DNA of 64,000 nucleotides, from positions 1-64,000 of the IMG/VR virus record IMGVR_UViG_2713897221_000004; one strand, written 5' to 3'. Every line of letters starts with the position of its first letter. The first letter of the stretch is position 1. The notes under the pieces are model-generated. The model had not been told where the DNA came from. It did not search any database and saw only the letters and a program-made list of their open reading frames with translations. Positions 28,228 through 38,038 of the stretch are shown piece after piece. Position numbers and translations under genes: made by a program. Source of the stretch: a virus (lineage: Duplodnaviria; Caudoviricetes).

Positions 28228-28295
28228 TTCGACCCCCTCATGAACAGCTATAGGAGCCCCTGTATACCATCGTCACTTCCGCGACAACAGATCAA

Positions 28296-28547
28296 TCACA
28301 GCATCAAGACTCTTTCCCCTCGCAACAGGCAACCAACACATATCAGGGTCTTCGTCCCGCCAGTCGGCTTACCGCTCTTCATTATCACGCCAATCTTCGT
28401 CTCGATCACCTCGCGCCCACCGCAGCGATGGCACTGGACCATCGTTGCAGGCTTGGGCATCGCCCGCACACGCTTACGCACCTGCTCCGCTGGAGTATCC
28501 GGGGCTGGCGTGCCTTGAATGAGGTGAAGCTTAGGCTTATCGGTCAT
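28296..28547 (-). CDS. Small Zn-finger protein
   Basis: CHRC...CVGC. Confidence 0.7.
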   Translation of the reverse strand: MTDKPKLHLIQGTPAPDTPAEQVRKRVRAMPKPATMVQCHRCGGREVIETKIGVIMKSGKPTGGTKTLICVGCLLRGERVLML

Positions 28548-29656
28548 GCCGCCATCTTAGCGAATGTCTTGATGTCCCGCTCACGCAGCTGCTCCAGCGT
28601 CAGGAAAGCACCGGTCGGAGAATAGAACTCCTCCAGGGACATGCCATCTCGAAGCATCTTGGCGCGCACCGGCCCCAGGACTTGTTCCTGGCGTTCTGTC
28701 GACTGCCGGCTGATCCATTCAGCGTAATTCGTATCGGCCGGAACCTGCCCGTCCATGCTCGCCCGCTGGCCTGGGGTCATCTCGTCGATGGGAATACCCA
28801 GATCTCTCCAAGACTTCGTGCGCGGCGTCGAGGTGGATCTGCAATTGAAGTGAATCCGGCCTGGACCTTCAAGCCAAGGCACCTTGTGCCCGATCGGCTT
28901 GTGCGTACCAACTGCATAGGGCAGCTTGTCTCGAATCCGGCACGGCGCCGAGGTCTTGTTGTCCAGTGTACTGGTCCAGTCCTCGGACTCGATGATGCCA
29001 GCATTAGCCGTATTGAAGTTCTCTCGTGCCACAGCAGCGGTATGGCTGATTGCAGTACGAACCACCGAGGCCAGGTCACGTCGCGGTCGCTCAAGGAAGC
29101 CGTCGACATATCCAGCCGCCCTAGTCCCTCGAATGCTACGGACAATCTGATCAGTCGTCTTACCTTCGAGGTAACCCGTACGAACAGCGTTTCGAACCTT
29201 CACCATTCGGTCAGCGGCGATCTCCTTTCCCCAGTTGCGCAGCAAACGCCCCTGAAAAGGCCGGGCCATTGCTGCGGCATAAATCTGCTCGGCGCTGATG
29301 CTGATGATAGGGAAACGAGCCAGAACGGGTTCGGGGACCGTAGCCGTAAATAGGTTCGTCTGCCATTGCATCTCATACCCGGCCAAGCCTCTCAGCTCAC
29401 CCTGAAGCGCTTCCAATACTTGGTTGTACGCAGCCTCGTTGATCGACCTGACTTCATCAAGCAAGCCTTCTAGCCGCTCAATCGTGAATGAGCCTGCCGG
29501 CATGCGCTCAAGTGCCTCTGCAAGTGCCGCTGTCAGGTTTGCATCGGAGCGGTTGAGCAACGCGATGATTCGGCGCACCACTCCGAGCTTGTACTGATCT
29601 AGCGAAACTGCATGCGCAATGCCCTCATCCCGCAGAGTCTCGTTAACCGTTGCCAT
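28544..29656 (-). CDS. Head morphogenesis protein (SPP1 gp7/Mu F-like)
   Basis: RT...STLD...C...HFNCRS motif. Confidence 0.88.
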   Translation of the reverse strand: MATVNETLRDEGIAHAVSLDQYKLGVVRRIIALLNRSDANLTAALAEALERMPAGSFTIERLEGLLDEVRSINEAAYNQVLEALQGELRGLAGYEMQWQTNLFTATVPEPVLARFPIISISAEQIYAAAMARPFQGRLLRNWGKEIAADRMVKVRNAVRTGYLEGKTTDQIVRSIRGTRAAGYVDGFLERPRRDLASVVRTAISHTAAVARENFNTANAGIIESEDWTSTLDNKTSAPCRIRDKLPYAVGTHKPIGHKVPWLEGPGRIHFNCRSTSTPRTKSWRDLGIPIDEMTPGQRASMDGQVPADTNYAEWISRQSTERQEQVLGPVRAKMLRDGMSLEEFYSPTGAFLTLEQLRERDIKTFAKMAA

Positions 29657-31033
29657 TTAGAGCGCTCCGAGTACTGGTCCTTGATCGGCAATCTTCTGTT
29701 TTTCCAGCTCCCAGTCGAGGTCATCAGAAACGACACCGCGGCGCTGGAATTCGGAGAATAGGGTTTCGTCGGAAAGCCGGCCCTGAGCGGCCATATTCAA
29801 CAACAGGGGCAACGTCGTTTCGGGGGCGAAGTCAATGTCGAAGTTACCATTGACCTGGACGTGTCCGCCTTCAGGCTGCTTTGTCCACATCGCGAAGTAT
29901 TGCAGCACCTGATCAAGGCAGTCCTCGAAGCTTTCAGCCATTGTTTGCAACGGGCTCATCTCCTGAGCCGCTTCATCTTCAGCCTGGGTTGCTGTCTTGG
30001 TCGACTGCTTGTCCTTCAGGAGAAGCTTGGCGCCCGCCATCCGCATATCGTCGACCAAGTCCTGCAGCGAGGTGCGACCAGCCTCGATGGCGGAACCGGT
30101 GTGCTCCACCCACTTCATGTCGCCTTCCTTAGGCAACTTCGTAGCGCTACTGGTGCCAACTTTCAACTCAAAAGCATCATCCTCGATGCCGATGATGGCC
30201 AGCATAGGTACCCGCGCGACGTGCAGGATGTTGTCTTGGTCGCTCTGGGACTGCCAGTGCTTCTTATTCAGGTGAGCCAGTTCAAGAAGTGGAGGTGTGG
30301 CCGTCATGAAGCCCGTTCGCTTGGTGTAGAACGTGGCCAGCGGGATGACATCGAGTGTTGTCACACCTTCGTCGTACAACCGCCACGACTTCCCGCCTTT
30401 GCCATCGTCCGCTTTTCGGTAGGTTGCCCATCGTCCCGGCTCGAGCACACGAATCTGAGGAGTGACTTTTACTCCGAAGAGCCCTTCGTCCTCTTCGATA
30501 CATTCTAAGTAACGAAACTGGGTCAGTACCTGGCCGCCCGCTTTGGCTGCGGCTCTCCAGCCCAGAACCTGATGGGGTTTCACAGTCACCGCATACGGAC
30601 GAACGCCGGCGGCCTTGTCGTCAGCCTTGGTTTTCAGGCCCTCAACCTTCGGGTACTCGGCCAGGACATGACACAGGCCATGAGACAATCCAGTTAAAAA
30701 TACTGATTGCCCCCAGACCTGCAGGTTGTTGCCCTGCCGATCGATGTCTTGTGCAAACTCCTGAATTGACTCCGGCACATCGTCGCCCAATGAGATCGGC
30801 TCAGCGAAGACACGGCCATTCATGTTTTGAACAGTTTCGCTGTAGGCCGGCAGAAGCGTTGAGGCTTGTAGGCGAGCCTTGTAAGCGTCGTCTTCCTCCT
30901 TTGGCCACTTCGGCAAGAACTTCTCGCCGGCCTCGCGCATCGCCTTGGTTCCTCCCATCAATGCGTCGACGATTTCCCAGTCCTGGCGCATAGCGTCCAC
31001 TGCCGGGAGCGTTTTGCTTGGGTCATCACTCAT
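29657..31033 (-). CDS. Portal protein (DUF4055-like)
   Basis: GGTKAMR...YKARL and PPLLELAHLN motifs; follows terminase. Confidence 0.88.
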   Translation of the reverse strand: MSDDPSKTLPAVDAMRQDWEIVDALMGGTKAMREAGEKFLPKWPKEEDDAYKARLQASTLLPAYSETVQNMNGRVFAEPISLGDDVPESIQEFAQDIDRQGNNLQVWGQSVFLTGLSHGLCHVLAEYPKVEGLKTKADDKAAGVRPYAVTVKPHQVLGWRAAAKAGGQVLTQFRYLECIEEDEGLFGVKVTPQIRVLEPGRWATYRKADDGKGGKSWRLYDEGVTTLDVIPLATFYTKRTGFMTATPPLLELAHLNKKHWQSQSDQDNILHVARVPMLAIIGIEDDAFELKVGTSSATKLPKEGDMKWVEHTGSAIEAGRTSLQDLVDDMRMAGAKLLLKDKQSTKTATQAEDEAAQEMSPLQTMAESFEDCLDQVLQYFAMWTKQPEGGHVQVNGNFDIDFAPETTLPLLLNMAAQGRLSDETLFSEFQRRGVVSDDLDWELEKQKIADQGPVLGAL

Positions 31034-31035
31034 GG

Positions 31036-32367
31036 TCAGATTCTCAGAGATTCAGTGGATGCTGTGCGTTTGATGCACGGCCACTCAACGTCGATGCAAT
31101 AGCCGATCGCCGTAGTGATGTGCTGGTAGTCGTTTTTCTGGTCTTCCTGGAAGGTTGACCCGGCCTGTAGCTGAACTGTGCTCAAGCCTTTGTGGCACCA
31201 GGGGGCGGTGACAGGGTTGATGAACAAGCTGGTCTCGCCCGACGCGGTCAGAATCTTCGCCCTGACGGCGTTCTGCCGGTCCTTGATAGCCGGGTGGGCA
31301 GGCTTGACCTTACGTGTGTACGTCCAGCCATTGGCCTTCAGCACGCCCTCGATGTCGGTGTAGTCAGACGCGTGACCATGCTTCTCACCAGCCTTGCCCG
31401 CCGGGTCACCGTAGATCAGGACATGCTTGTTCTTGTGGTCTTTGAACTTGTCCACGAACTCGGTAGCTGACTGCTTCGAAACCGCACTGATCAGCACGAT
31501 TTCATCTAGCAAATACAGGTCTTTCCCATCGTTCCGCCGTACGCCGATAGCTGACGACAGAGGCGTGAAGTTCTGGTCGTGCATCCACATCAACTGCTCA
31601 TGCGGCTCTATAGCAGCATTCGTGTGGTTCGCTTTGCTGTAGTCCTCGTAGATCCGGCCAGACGCCGTTTCGAATGAGGCTTCGAACTCCTGCTTAAACT
31701 GCTTGGCGGACATAGCCCGCTTCATTGCGTCCATTACGTCTGGCGGAAGGATCTCGGCCGATTTCCAATGGAATACCCGGAAATTTGGGTCATTACCCGA
31801 CTCGGCCTGCATGCACAGGTCGTAGTAGTGGTTCAAGCCGTCAGGCACGCCAAGCAGCCAGCACCAGGCCCGATAATCCGGCATGGTTGGGTTGACGGTG
31901 TTCAGTGCCGGGAGAATGTTGGCCTCCCAGGCATCCGGCTTGATGTCGGCGAATTCGTCGATACCACCGCCAGTCCACGGAATACCTTCGATCCGTTGCG
32001 GCTTGTCCAGTCCGATGACGTGGATCTCGCTGCCGTTGTCCAGGTAGATGATCAGGTCTGACTCGGAAGGCCGGCGACTGTGCATGCAGCTCAGCGTGAA
32101 AGCCTTGAGGTCATCCCAGAATATCTTTTTGGCTTGGGCGTGCGTTGGTGCTGCGGCGAAGTACATTCCGTTGTAGGCAGACGCCTGCTTCACAAGGAAT
32201 CGCTTGAACCGCTCCGTCTTGCCGCTACGGCGACCTGCAGGCACCAGGGGGAAGCGAATGCCTTCTGACACAGCCGCGACCAACGCGAGCTGTACAGGAT
32301 GATCCTTAAGCGGGTACCAACGTGACAGCTGGCGGTCGAGCATCAGATTGCCAGTGTTGGTGATCAT
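31036..32367 (-). CDS. terL: Terminase large subunit
   Basis: Walker A GRRSGKT, Walker B GGIDEF, and DPAG. Confidence 0.92.
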   Translation of the reverse strand: MITNTGNLMLDRQLSRWYPLKDHPVQLALVAAVSEGIRFPLVPAGRRSGKTERFKRFLVKQASAYNGMYFAAAPTHAQAKKIFWDDLKAFTLSCMHSRRPSESDLIIYLDNGSEIHVIGLDKPQRIEGIPWTGGGIDEFADIKPDAWEANILPALNTVNPTMPDYRAWCWLLGVPDGLNHYYDLCMQAESGNDPNFRVFHWKSAEILPPDVMDAMKRAMSAKQFKQEFEASFETASGRIYEDYSKANHTNAAIEPHEQLMWMHDQNFTPLSSAIGVRRNDGKDLYLLDEIVLISAVSKQSATEFVDKFKDHKNKHVLIYGDPAGKAGEKHGHASDYTDIEGVLKANGWTYTRKVKPAHPAIKDRQNAVRAKILTASGETSLFINPVTAPWCHKGLSTVQLQAGSTFQEDQKNDYQHITTAIGYCIDVEWPCIKRTASTESLRI

Positions 32368-32984
32368 GACGGCAACCTCGCGATCAGATCAGCCAGCAGC
32401 TGGGCGTTTGAGTTGCCGCCGCCCTTCTCTATCAGCTTGAGCTCAGCGCGGCGCTTCTCGACCTCAAGGCGCTTCAGTTCAGCGTCGAGTTCAGCATGAC
32501 CTGGCGCACTGAACATCCCAAGATGACGGCCGATATCGACCAGCGCGCCCTTCTTGTCGTGCAGCTTGACCTTGAGGCCGTCGCGGCCCTGGGACACCTC
32601 AGCGATCGCAGCGGCAGTGTCATCGTCGACATCAGTAGAGTCGATCAGGGCCAGGCCGTGATACGGCACCATGCCTTCAGCGCCTTCATCTTCGGCGTCA
32701 GCCATACGGACCATCGTCTCACCCCAGCGAACGACCTTTCGGATATCGCTGAAGCCGATCTTGGCCAGCTCTCGAAGCACCATATCCTGGGTGATAGCCA
32801 CCCTTCCTGAGCGCGCTTCCATGCCCGCCTGGATAGCCTGTTGAATGTCAACATTTGTCAACAGACGGTTTCCAGCCTGCCGGGCAGTCTTGGCGCTGAA
32901 TCCCGCACGGATAGCGGCTTGCGTGGCATTCAGGTCAATCAGGTACTCGTCGACAAAGCGCTGCTGTTTTGCTGTCAGCGCCAT
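32364..32984 (-). CDS. terS: Terminase small subunit
   Basis: LTAKQQRFVDEYLIDLNATQAAIRAG. Confidence 0.93.
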   Translation of the reverse strand: MALTAKQQRFVDEYLIDLNATQAAIRAGFSAKTARQAGNRLLTNVDIQQAIQAGMEARSGRVAITQDMVLRELAKIGFSDIRKVVRWGETMVRMADAEDEGAEGMVPYHGLALIDSTDVDDDTAAAIAEVSQGRDGLKVKLHDKKGALVDIGRHLGMFSAPGHAELDAELKRLEVEKRRAELKLIEKGGGNSNAQLLADLIARLPS

Positions 32985-33082
32985 AGGGATTCCTTGAGAC
33001 TTTGGTGCCTCACTTGGGCAGTGCTTGAAATAGTGGCTGGATGCCGGTATTGGTAACGCTCCAACTCTCACGGAGCAGAGAC

Positions 33083-33331
33083 ATGAAGTTCAAAGTGAAG
33101 GCTTACTACAACCACCAGAAACACAGAGCGCTGGCCATTCCTGAAGACAAGACGCTTGACGATCTTTCTGAGGAAACCCTGCGCTGGATCGGTCCGGAAG
33201 TAACGGAAGGCACCAAAGAGCTAGACACATCAGAACGGCTGTTTGGCTTCGATCCGCAAACCGTATGGGATGATTTTCAAACCAAGGGCTTTTCTGTTTA
33301 CGAGATCACAGCCAAGGTGACCATCAAGTAG
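33083..33331 (+). CDS. Hypothetical protein (moron)
   Basis: GGAG RBS then MKFKVKAY; opposite strand to the late operon. Confidence 0.6.
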   Translation: MKFKVKAYYNHQKHRALAIPEDKTLDDLSEETLRWIGPEVTEGTKELDTSERLFGFDPQTVWDDFQTKGFSVYEITAKVTIK

Positions 33332-33378
33332 AAGTCGTGTCGCGACACAAATTGATGATTCGCGAAACGTGTCGCGAC

Positions 33379-33675
33379 CTACGCTGCCAACTGCAGCTGC
33401 TTGCTGAACAGCTCTCGGATCTCACCAAGCCGGGTCATCACCAACGGCTCACCCCTCAAGTGGATCAGGTGGGCCAACTGGTGAACAATCCCCTCATCCG
33501 ACAGGACCTGGCTCGACGGCAGTTCCTTGAACCAGCACACGAACACCGCGAAGTGCAGTGCCGCGGGCAGCTCCTTCAGGAAGCGCTTGTCGGTCATGCC
33601 GGCGAACCGGGCGTGCTCCTCGCGCAGGTCCTGATAACTCGCGGAGTAGTGGTTTCCGCCGATGATGTAGTCCAT
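33379..33675 (-). CDS. Hypothetical protein
   Basis: 98-aa ORF after the holin. Confidence 0.65.
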   Translation of the reverse strand: MDYIIGGNHYSASYQDLREEHARFAGMTDKRFLKELPAALHFAVFVCWFKELPSSQVLSDEGIVHQLAHLIHLRGEPLVMTRLGEIRELFSKQLQLAA

Positions 33676-33679
33676 GGGC

Positions 33680-34012
33680 CTACTCTGCCTTTCGACTCGG
33701 CAGCTTGAAGTCAGCGAACCGATCAGCCAGTTCTGCGATCTTCTTCACACCGAGGAAGCCGATGAACACGCCAGCCGGAGTGGCGAAGCTCTGCGGCAAC
33801 CCGAAGTACTCGAGAAGCGGTATCAGCCCGATGGTGATCAAGGTGCAGAGACAGGCCTCGAGCAGCGCCTGGCGCCGAGTCCCGCCGCCGTAGATGATGC
33901 GTAGCGCACCCACTACGAACGACAGCGCCCCGGCATAGATCGTCGGCGCGTGCTGGCTCAGCCACGCAAGGACGAGCAGCCAAGTATCTGGTTTATCGGG
34001 CATGTTCGGCAT
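33680..34012 (-). CDS. Holin, lambda-type
   Basis: Three TM segments with GVFIGFLGV; possible dual start M-P-N-M. Confidence 0.85.
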   Translation of the reverse strand: MPNMPDKPDTWLLVLAWLSQHAPTIYAGALSFVVGALRIIYGGGTRRQALLEACLCTLITIGLIPLLEYFGLPQSFATPAGVFIGFLGVKKIAELADRFADFKLPSRKAE

Positions 34013-34095
34013 CTCGATTTCCTCCCGGTCGGGAGTTGATGAATAAAAAAAGGCCTGCGTCGGCCAGGGCATAGCCCAAAACAAAAAGGCCCCGC

Positions 34096-34815
34096 TCAGT
34101 GCGGGGCCCGTGAATGTGATAAACCGCGGTGCAGGATACCGCCAGGCCTGAGCTCGGCGCGGAGAACGTCGCGGATCTGGTCGGCGACTGCCGTGGACTC
34201 GCTCAACAGGTTCTTGCCGAGCGTTGTTTCGCTAATCTTGCTGGCCAGCAGTTCAAGAACCTTGGTTGCATCACCATCAGCGATAGCTTTCGAGACATCG
34301 TTCGTCTCCTTGATGGCGAACTTGTCGGCCGAAGCCAGGAACTGGGATTCGATACCCAGGCCAATACCGGCGGCGTACTTTTTCCCGGATGGGGTGGACG
34401 CCATCTTCACCGCCCAGGTGTCGGACAGTCTGTCGGTACCCGAAGCGATAATCCCCGAACCATTCTCGGGGCCGTCGCCGGTGTAGCCACCGGAGCAAAA
34501 GCAGCCACGCCGGATTGGCTCCGCAAGCCCCGCTACGATCTTCGCGTTGGTGATCGACGCGCGTTCTACTTCGGCCTGATTGATGTAGGTCACGCCATCG
34601 ATCACGATGAAGGGCGCTGACAGATCACTGGCCGAACCACTCTCGATCTCAGCCAGCCTGTCTTCATATTTCTTCAGGCTGGCCTCGTTGAACTTTACCC
34701 ATTCTGCTGTCTGCGCAACACGAGCCAAAGCTTCGTCATGCATCTTCTTAACTTCGGCCAGCTTGGCCTCTTGCGAGATGATCGACTCAACCACCTGACG
34801 GTATTCGCTCTTCAT
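34096..34815 (-). CDS. Mosaic protein with gpJ (DUF1983-like) fragments
   Basis: Three segments match this phage's own gpJ C-terminal region in reversed order. Confidence 0.7.
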   Translation of the reverse strand: MKSEYRQVVESIISQEAKLAEVKKMHDEALARVAQTAEWVKFNEASLKKYEDRLAEIESGSASDLSAPFIVIDGVTYINQAEVERASITNAKIVAGLAEPIRRGCFCSGGYTGDGPENGSGIIASGTDRLSDTWAVKMASTPSGKKYAAGIGLGIESQFLASADKFAIKETNDVSKAIADGDATKVLELLASKISETTLGKNLLSESTAVADQIRDVLRAELRPGGILHRGLSHSRAPH

Positions 34816-34960
34816 GCTGTGCTCCAGAAAAGAAAAAGCCCCTGCGAATGCAGAGGCCCTGAATAGGTGCGCGCGTCTTTCTGCAGCCCGCCAAAGCAAT
34901 ACCGATAACGACAGGACAATTCCGCAGGAGACGCACGCAGTAGCTATATGAGACGGGGAG

Positions 34961-35431
34961 TCATCTGCCTTTTAATTGATCGTACGGAATCTGTAGACCC
35001 ATTTTATCCCAGTCTTTAGGCATGACATCGTTATTTGCATGCGAGATCAGGGTTCTCTCTCTGCAGGTAATACAATAGCCTGCAACAGTTGGTTCATACC
35101 CAAAAACCTTGATGATTAGCTGGATAAGCTCAATGCGAAGGCGGTCCATGTCACCTCCAGGATCGATCCAGCCCTTACCAAGGCCAACCATGAATTTAGT
35201 TGCTTGTCTTTGTTTTTTGAACCATTCGCGGAAGTTTGTTAACGATGCTTCATTCCATCGCACTGGGTTACTTGAAGTATCCATGCAATTAATTGTGTTG
35301 TAATGAGCAATAGCCATTCGATTCGATATATCGAAACCCACCACAGCAATACAATTGGCAAGGCCACCGGTACCTACCTCCCCGCTAGCGCTTGCCAAAT
35401 TGGACAATCTGTCATATCCAGCAGCTTCCAT
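34961..35431 (-). CDS. Hypothetical low-GC moron, possible Cys-His deamidase fold
   Basis: GGAGG RBS; TGGLANCIAVV...IAHY. Confidence 0.6.
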   Translation of the reverse strand: MEAAGYDRLSNLASASGEVGTGGLANCIAVVGFDISNRMAIAHYNTINCMDTSSNPVRWNEASLTNFREWFKKQRQATKFMVGLGKGWIDPGGDMDRLRIELIQLIIKVFGYEPTVAGYCITCRERTLISHANNDVMPKDWDKMGLQIPYDQLKGR

Positions 35432-35666
35432 TGCTTGTACCTCCTTTGATTGGAACAACAAGCATAGACGCATAAAAAACATACGTAGCGCATGGGCCTC
35501 AAATTGAATTGAGCAAGGCGGCTGTTCCAACACTGGAACTATGACGGCGAATTTCAGGCAATAAAAACCCGGCGCGGTGGCCGGGTTTCGTTTGTCAGTC
35601 CTACACACGCAGGAATGACAGGATGGGATTAATTTCGCTCATCCGCTCATTGCTGTCAATAGGCAA

Positions 35667-36362
35667 TCACGCCGCCCGTTCAATCAGCAAACCTTCAGCC
35701 TCCAGAATGTCCGCGGCATGTGCCAGGGCATCGTTCACCAGATCATCAGCAGCCCGACCGATGTCCTGCCGCCACCGGCGCCTGGTCGACTCAGGCGTAC
35801 CGTCGTTATCCCAGGTGTTCATGTCGTAGAAGCTGTCCTTCAGCACGATCATGTCCGCGGAGCGGGATTCGTCCTTCCTGGCCTTGGCCTGCCCGGCTGC
35901 CACTGCCGCCTTCACCATCGACTCGCGGCGCCACTCCGGGGCATCAAGTGGAATCTCGACGGATACGGACTTGGCAACCTTCGACCGCGCCCCCTTCAGC
36001 TGCGGGATAGCCCAGGCAGTGATTGCCTTGTACAGGAACAGCTTCGGGGCTGGGGTGCTAATGAGGGCCTGAAGCGCAGAAAGCGACTGGACCTTGCGCG
36101 CCTTGTGGGTGCTGTACTTCGCCACCAGAGCGTTCCAGTGCTTCGGCTCGAGGCGACTGTGAAGCCGCGCCGATACCCAGCAGTCCACCTGGATGCGATC
36201 GATGGCGTCTACGCCGCGGGAGCGGACGAGGGTCGCCAGGTCTCCGCCCTCCTCTTCATCGGCAGAGTTGTACAGCTTCTGCCATGCCTGTTTGCTGGTG
36301 TTGTCGATAGCTTCGGCGGCGAGGGCCGAAACAACAGCGTTCAATACGCCTGGATAGATCAT
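35667..36362 (-). CDS. Late antiterminator Q-like protein
   Basis: Last gene of the nin region before the late genes; C-terminal PESTRRRWR HTH-like segment. Confidence 0.65.
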   Translation of the reverse strand: MIYPGVLNAVVSALAAEAIDNTSKQAWQKLYNSADEEEGGDLATLVRSRGVDAIDRIQVDCWVSARLHSRLEPKHWNALVAKYSTHKARKVQSLSALQALISTPAPKLFLYKAITAWAIPQLKGARSKVAKSVSVEIPLDAPEWRRESMVKAAVAAGQAKARKDESRSADMIVLKDSFYDMNTWDNDGTPESTRRRWRQDIGRAADDLVNDALAHAADILEAEGLLIERAA

Positions 36363-36943
36363 GCTGCCCCCTTTAACTCTCTGGTCTTTGCCCGGCACTC
36401 GGCCTTGATGGTCTTCAATTCTTCGATGGTGTAGCGCTTCGCTTCATGCGGCCCCTCCAACCACTCCACCTTCTCGACGCCGATCCGCTTCACCAGCTCA
36501 ATGCGGTAATTCACGATGTCGCCGGACTTGTGGTTGTTGCAGGGCGCGCACTGCTTATGGACGTTGAGCGGCTCGAACCGAAGCTCGGGGTTGGCCCCTA
36601 CAGTGCGGTAGTGGCCGGCGTGGTACTGGCCTTCGTGGTGACGGCCACAGCTGACACACGGCAACGCAGCATCGCGCAGGCGAACCCACTCGTTGAAAAC
36701 CGCCTGCGTTTCCCGGAAGTGGTCGCTGCGGGTCTTGATGCGCTCCTTGCGGACTTTGATCTCGCGGCGGTCACGCTGGGCGATGGCCTTGCGGGCTTTC
36801 TCCTGATTCACCGGAGCAATGGCCAAAGCGCACTTCGGACTGCACACGGCCTGCCCCAGGCGTTGCGGAGGGAAGCTGATCCCGCATGCTGGGTTCTTGC
36901 ACCTCTTCGGCTTGGGTCTCTTGATTGGGGACTCGGCTCTCAT
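36359..36943 (-). CDS. ninG: NinG/Rap recombination endonuclease
   Basis: RLRD..PCVSCG, AGHYR and N-VHKQC..CN motifs. Confidence 0.92.
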   Translation of the reverse strand: MRAESPIKRPKPKRCKNPACGISFPPQRLGQAVCSPKCALAIAPVNQEKARKAIAQRDRREIKVRKERIKTRSDHFRETQAVFNEWVRLRDAALPCVSCGRHHEGQYHAGHYRTVGANPELRFEPLNVHKQCAPCNNHKSGDIVNYRIELVKRIGVEKVEWLEGPHEAKRYTIEELKTIKAECRAKTRELKGAA

Positions 36944-37338
36944 CAGAGGAAGTCCTCCGAATTGACACGCTTCCCCGTGCGACGGAAGTATTCAGCGCTT
37001 TTGGCATTGGCCAGCAGCTTGCAGCGGTTGCAACATGAGCCTTTAGCTCCGGCCTTAATGGCCTTCGCCGTTCTCAGGACGTAATAGCCGCAAACACACT
37101 TACAAACCCACCGAGCCTTTGTTTCGGCCGATATGCCAAGCGCGATCAGTCGACCGAACTTAACCCCAGCGAGGTTCAAGAAACCTGGCAAGCACAGCTC
37201 AAGATCGGTCGGCGGCCGGATCGAAAGCGGAAGCTCCGAGTCGGCGTGCTTCTCATCTACGTGATAATCAAACGACTCACCGCGCGACACTACTCGCGCC
37301 GCCACGGAATTCACTGGGCGATCATGTCCATTTTTCAT
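36943..37338 (-). CDS. Hypothetical Cys-rich protein resembling HNH/AP2 protein N-termini
   Basis: LAGVKFGRL...WVCKCVCG...SCC..C. Confidence 0.55.
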   Translation of the reverse strand: MKNGHDRPVNSVAARVVSRGESFDYHVDEKHADSELPLSIRPPTDLELCLPGFLNLAGVKFGRLIALGISAETKARWVCKCVCGYYVLRTAKAIKAGAKGSCCNRCKLLANAKSAEYFRRTGKRVNSEDFL

Positions 37339-37805
37339 GCGGCCTCCTGGCTCAGCAGATCGTCGAAGTACACGCCCTGGGGAGCAAAGCGCGCGACGAT
37401 ACGGTCGGTGTAGGCCACGCCCTGGGCGCGATTGAAAAGGCTTGTCACTGGGAACCCGTCCGGGCCAAACAGCTTGCAGCCGCCCATCATGGCGAGCTTC
37501 GTCTCGTACGGAAGGTGGCGCATGACCCGGTACCACTCGGCCTGGAACCCAGCGTCCTCGTTCAGCAGGATCTGCACGCCGATGTGCAGCTTGCAGTACC
37601 GGCGAGCGTCGGCCTCATCGCCGATCTGGGTCATCTCGGAGATGCGCTTGTACATGGCGAACCACAACCGGTTTTGATCCAGGGTGCGATCCTTCCCGGG
37701 GCGCAGGGATACCACGACGAACTTCTTGTCGCGGAACATCGCGCTGAGCTTGGTGATGGCCTCGGAGAGCTTGGCCGGGCAGTTGACGCTGATCTTGTCG
37801 GTCAT
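37335..37805 (-). CDS. NinB-like protein
   Basis: RTLDQNRLW motif; position in nin region. Confidence 0.65.
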   Translation of the reverse strand: MTDKISVNCPAKLSEAITKLSAMFRDKKFVVVSLRPGKDRTLDQNRLWFAMYKRISEMTQIGDEADARRYCKLHIGVQILLNEDAGFQAEWYRVMRHLPYETKLAMMGGCKLFGPDGFPVTSLFNRAQGVAYTDRIVARFAPQGVYFDDLLSQEAA

Positions 37806-38038
37806 AGAAGCCCCGCGAAGTCTTCAAGCAGCCCTTGTTTGTCCTCGGCCAGCTTGTCGCGCTCCTTGCGCAGCGCCTCGTTCTCCTCGATCAGTAGCAG
37901 AGCCACTTCCTCCACCGTCTTGTTGCCCAGAAGTTCTTCCAGCGCGTCGGCATGACGGAGAAGATCACCATCGTCAGCCTTCCATGAGGCCACTACGGAC
38001 CACAGCAGAGACTTCAACTTTTCCTTGTCGACATTCAT
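37802..38038 (-). CDS. Hypothetical protein
   Basis: 78 aa with overlapping start and stop codons. Confidence 0.65.
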   Translation of the reverse strand: MNVDKEKLKSLLWSVVASWKADDGDLLRHADALEELLGNKTVEEVALLLIEENEALRKERDKLAEDKQGLLEDFAGLL

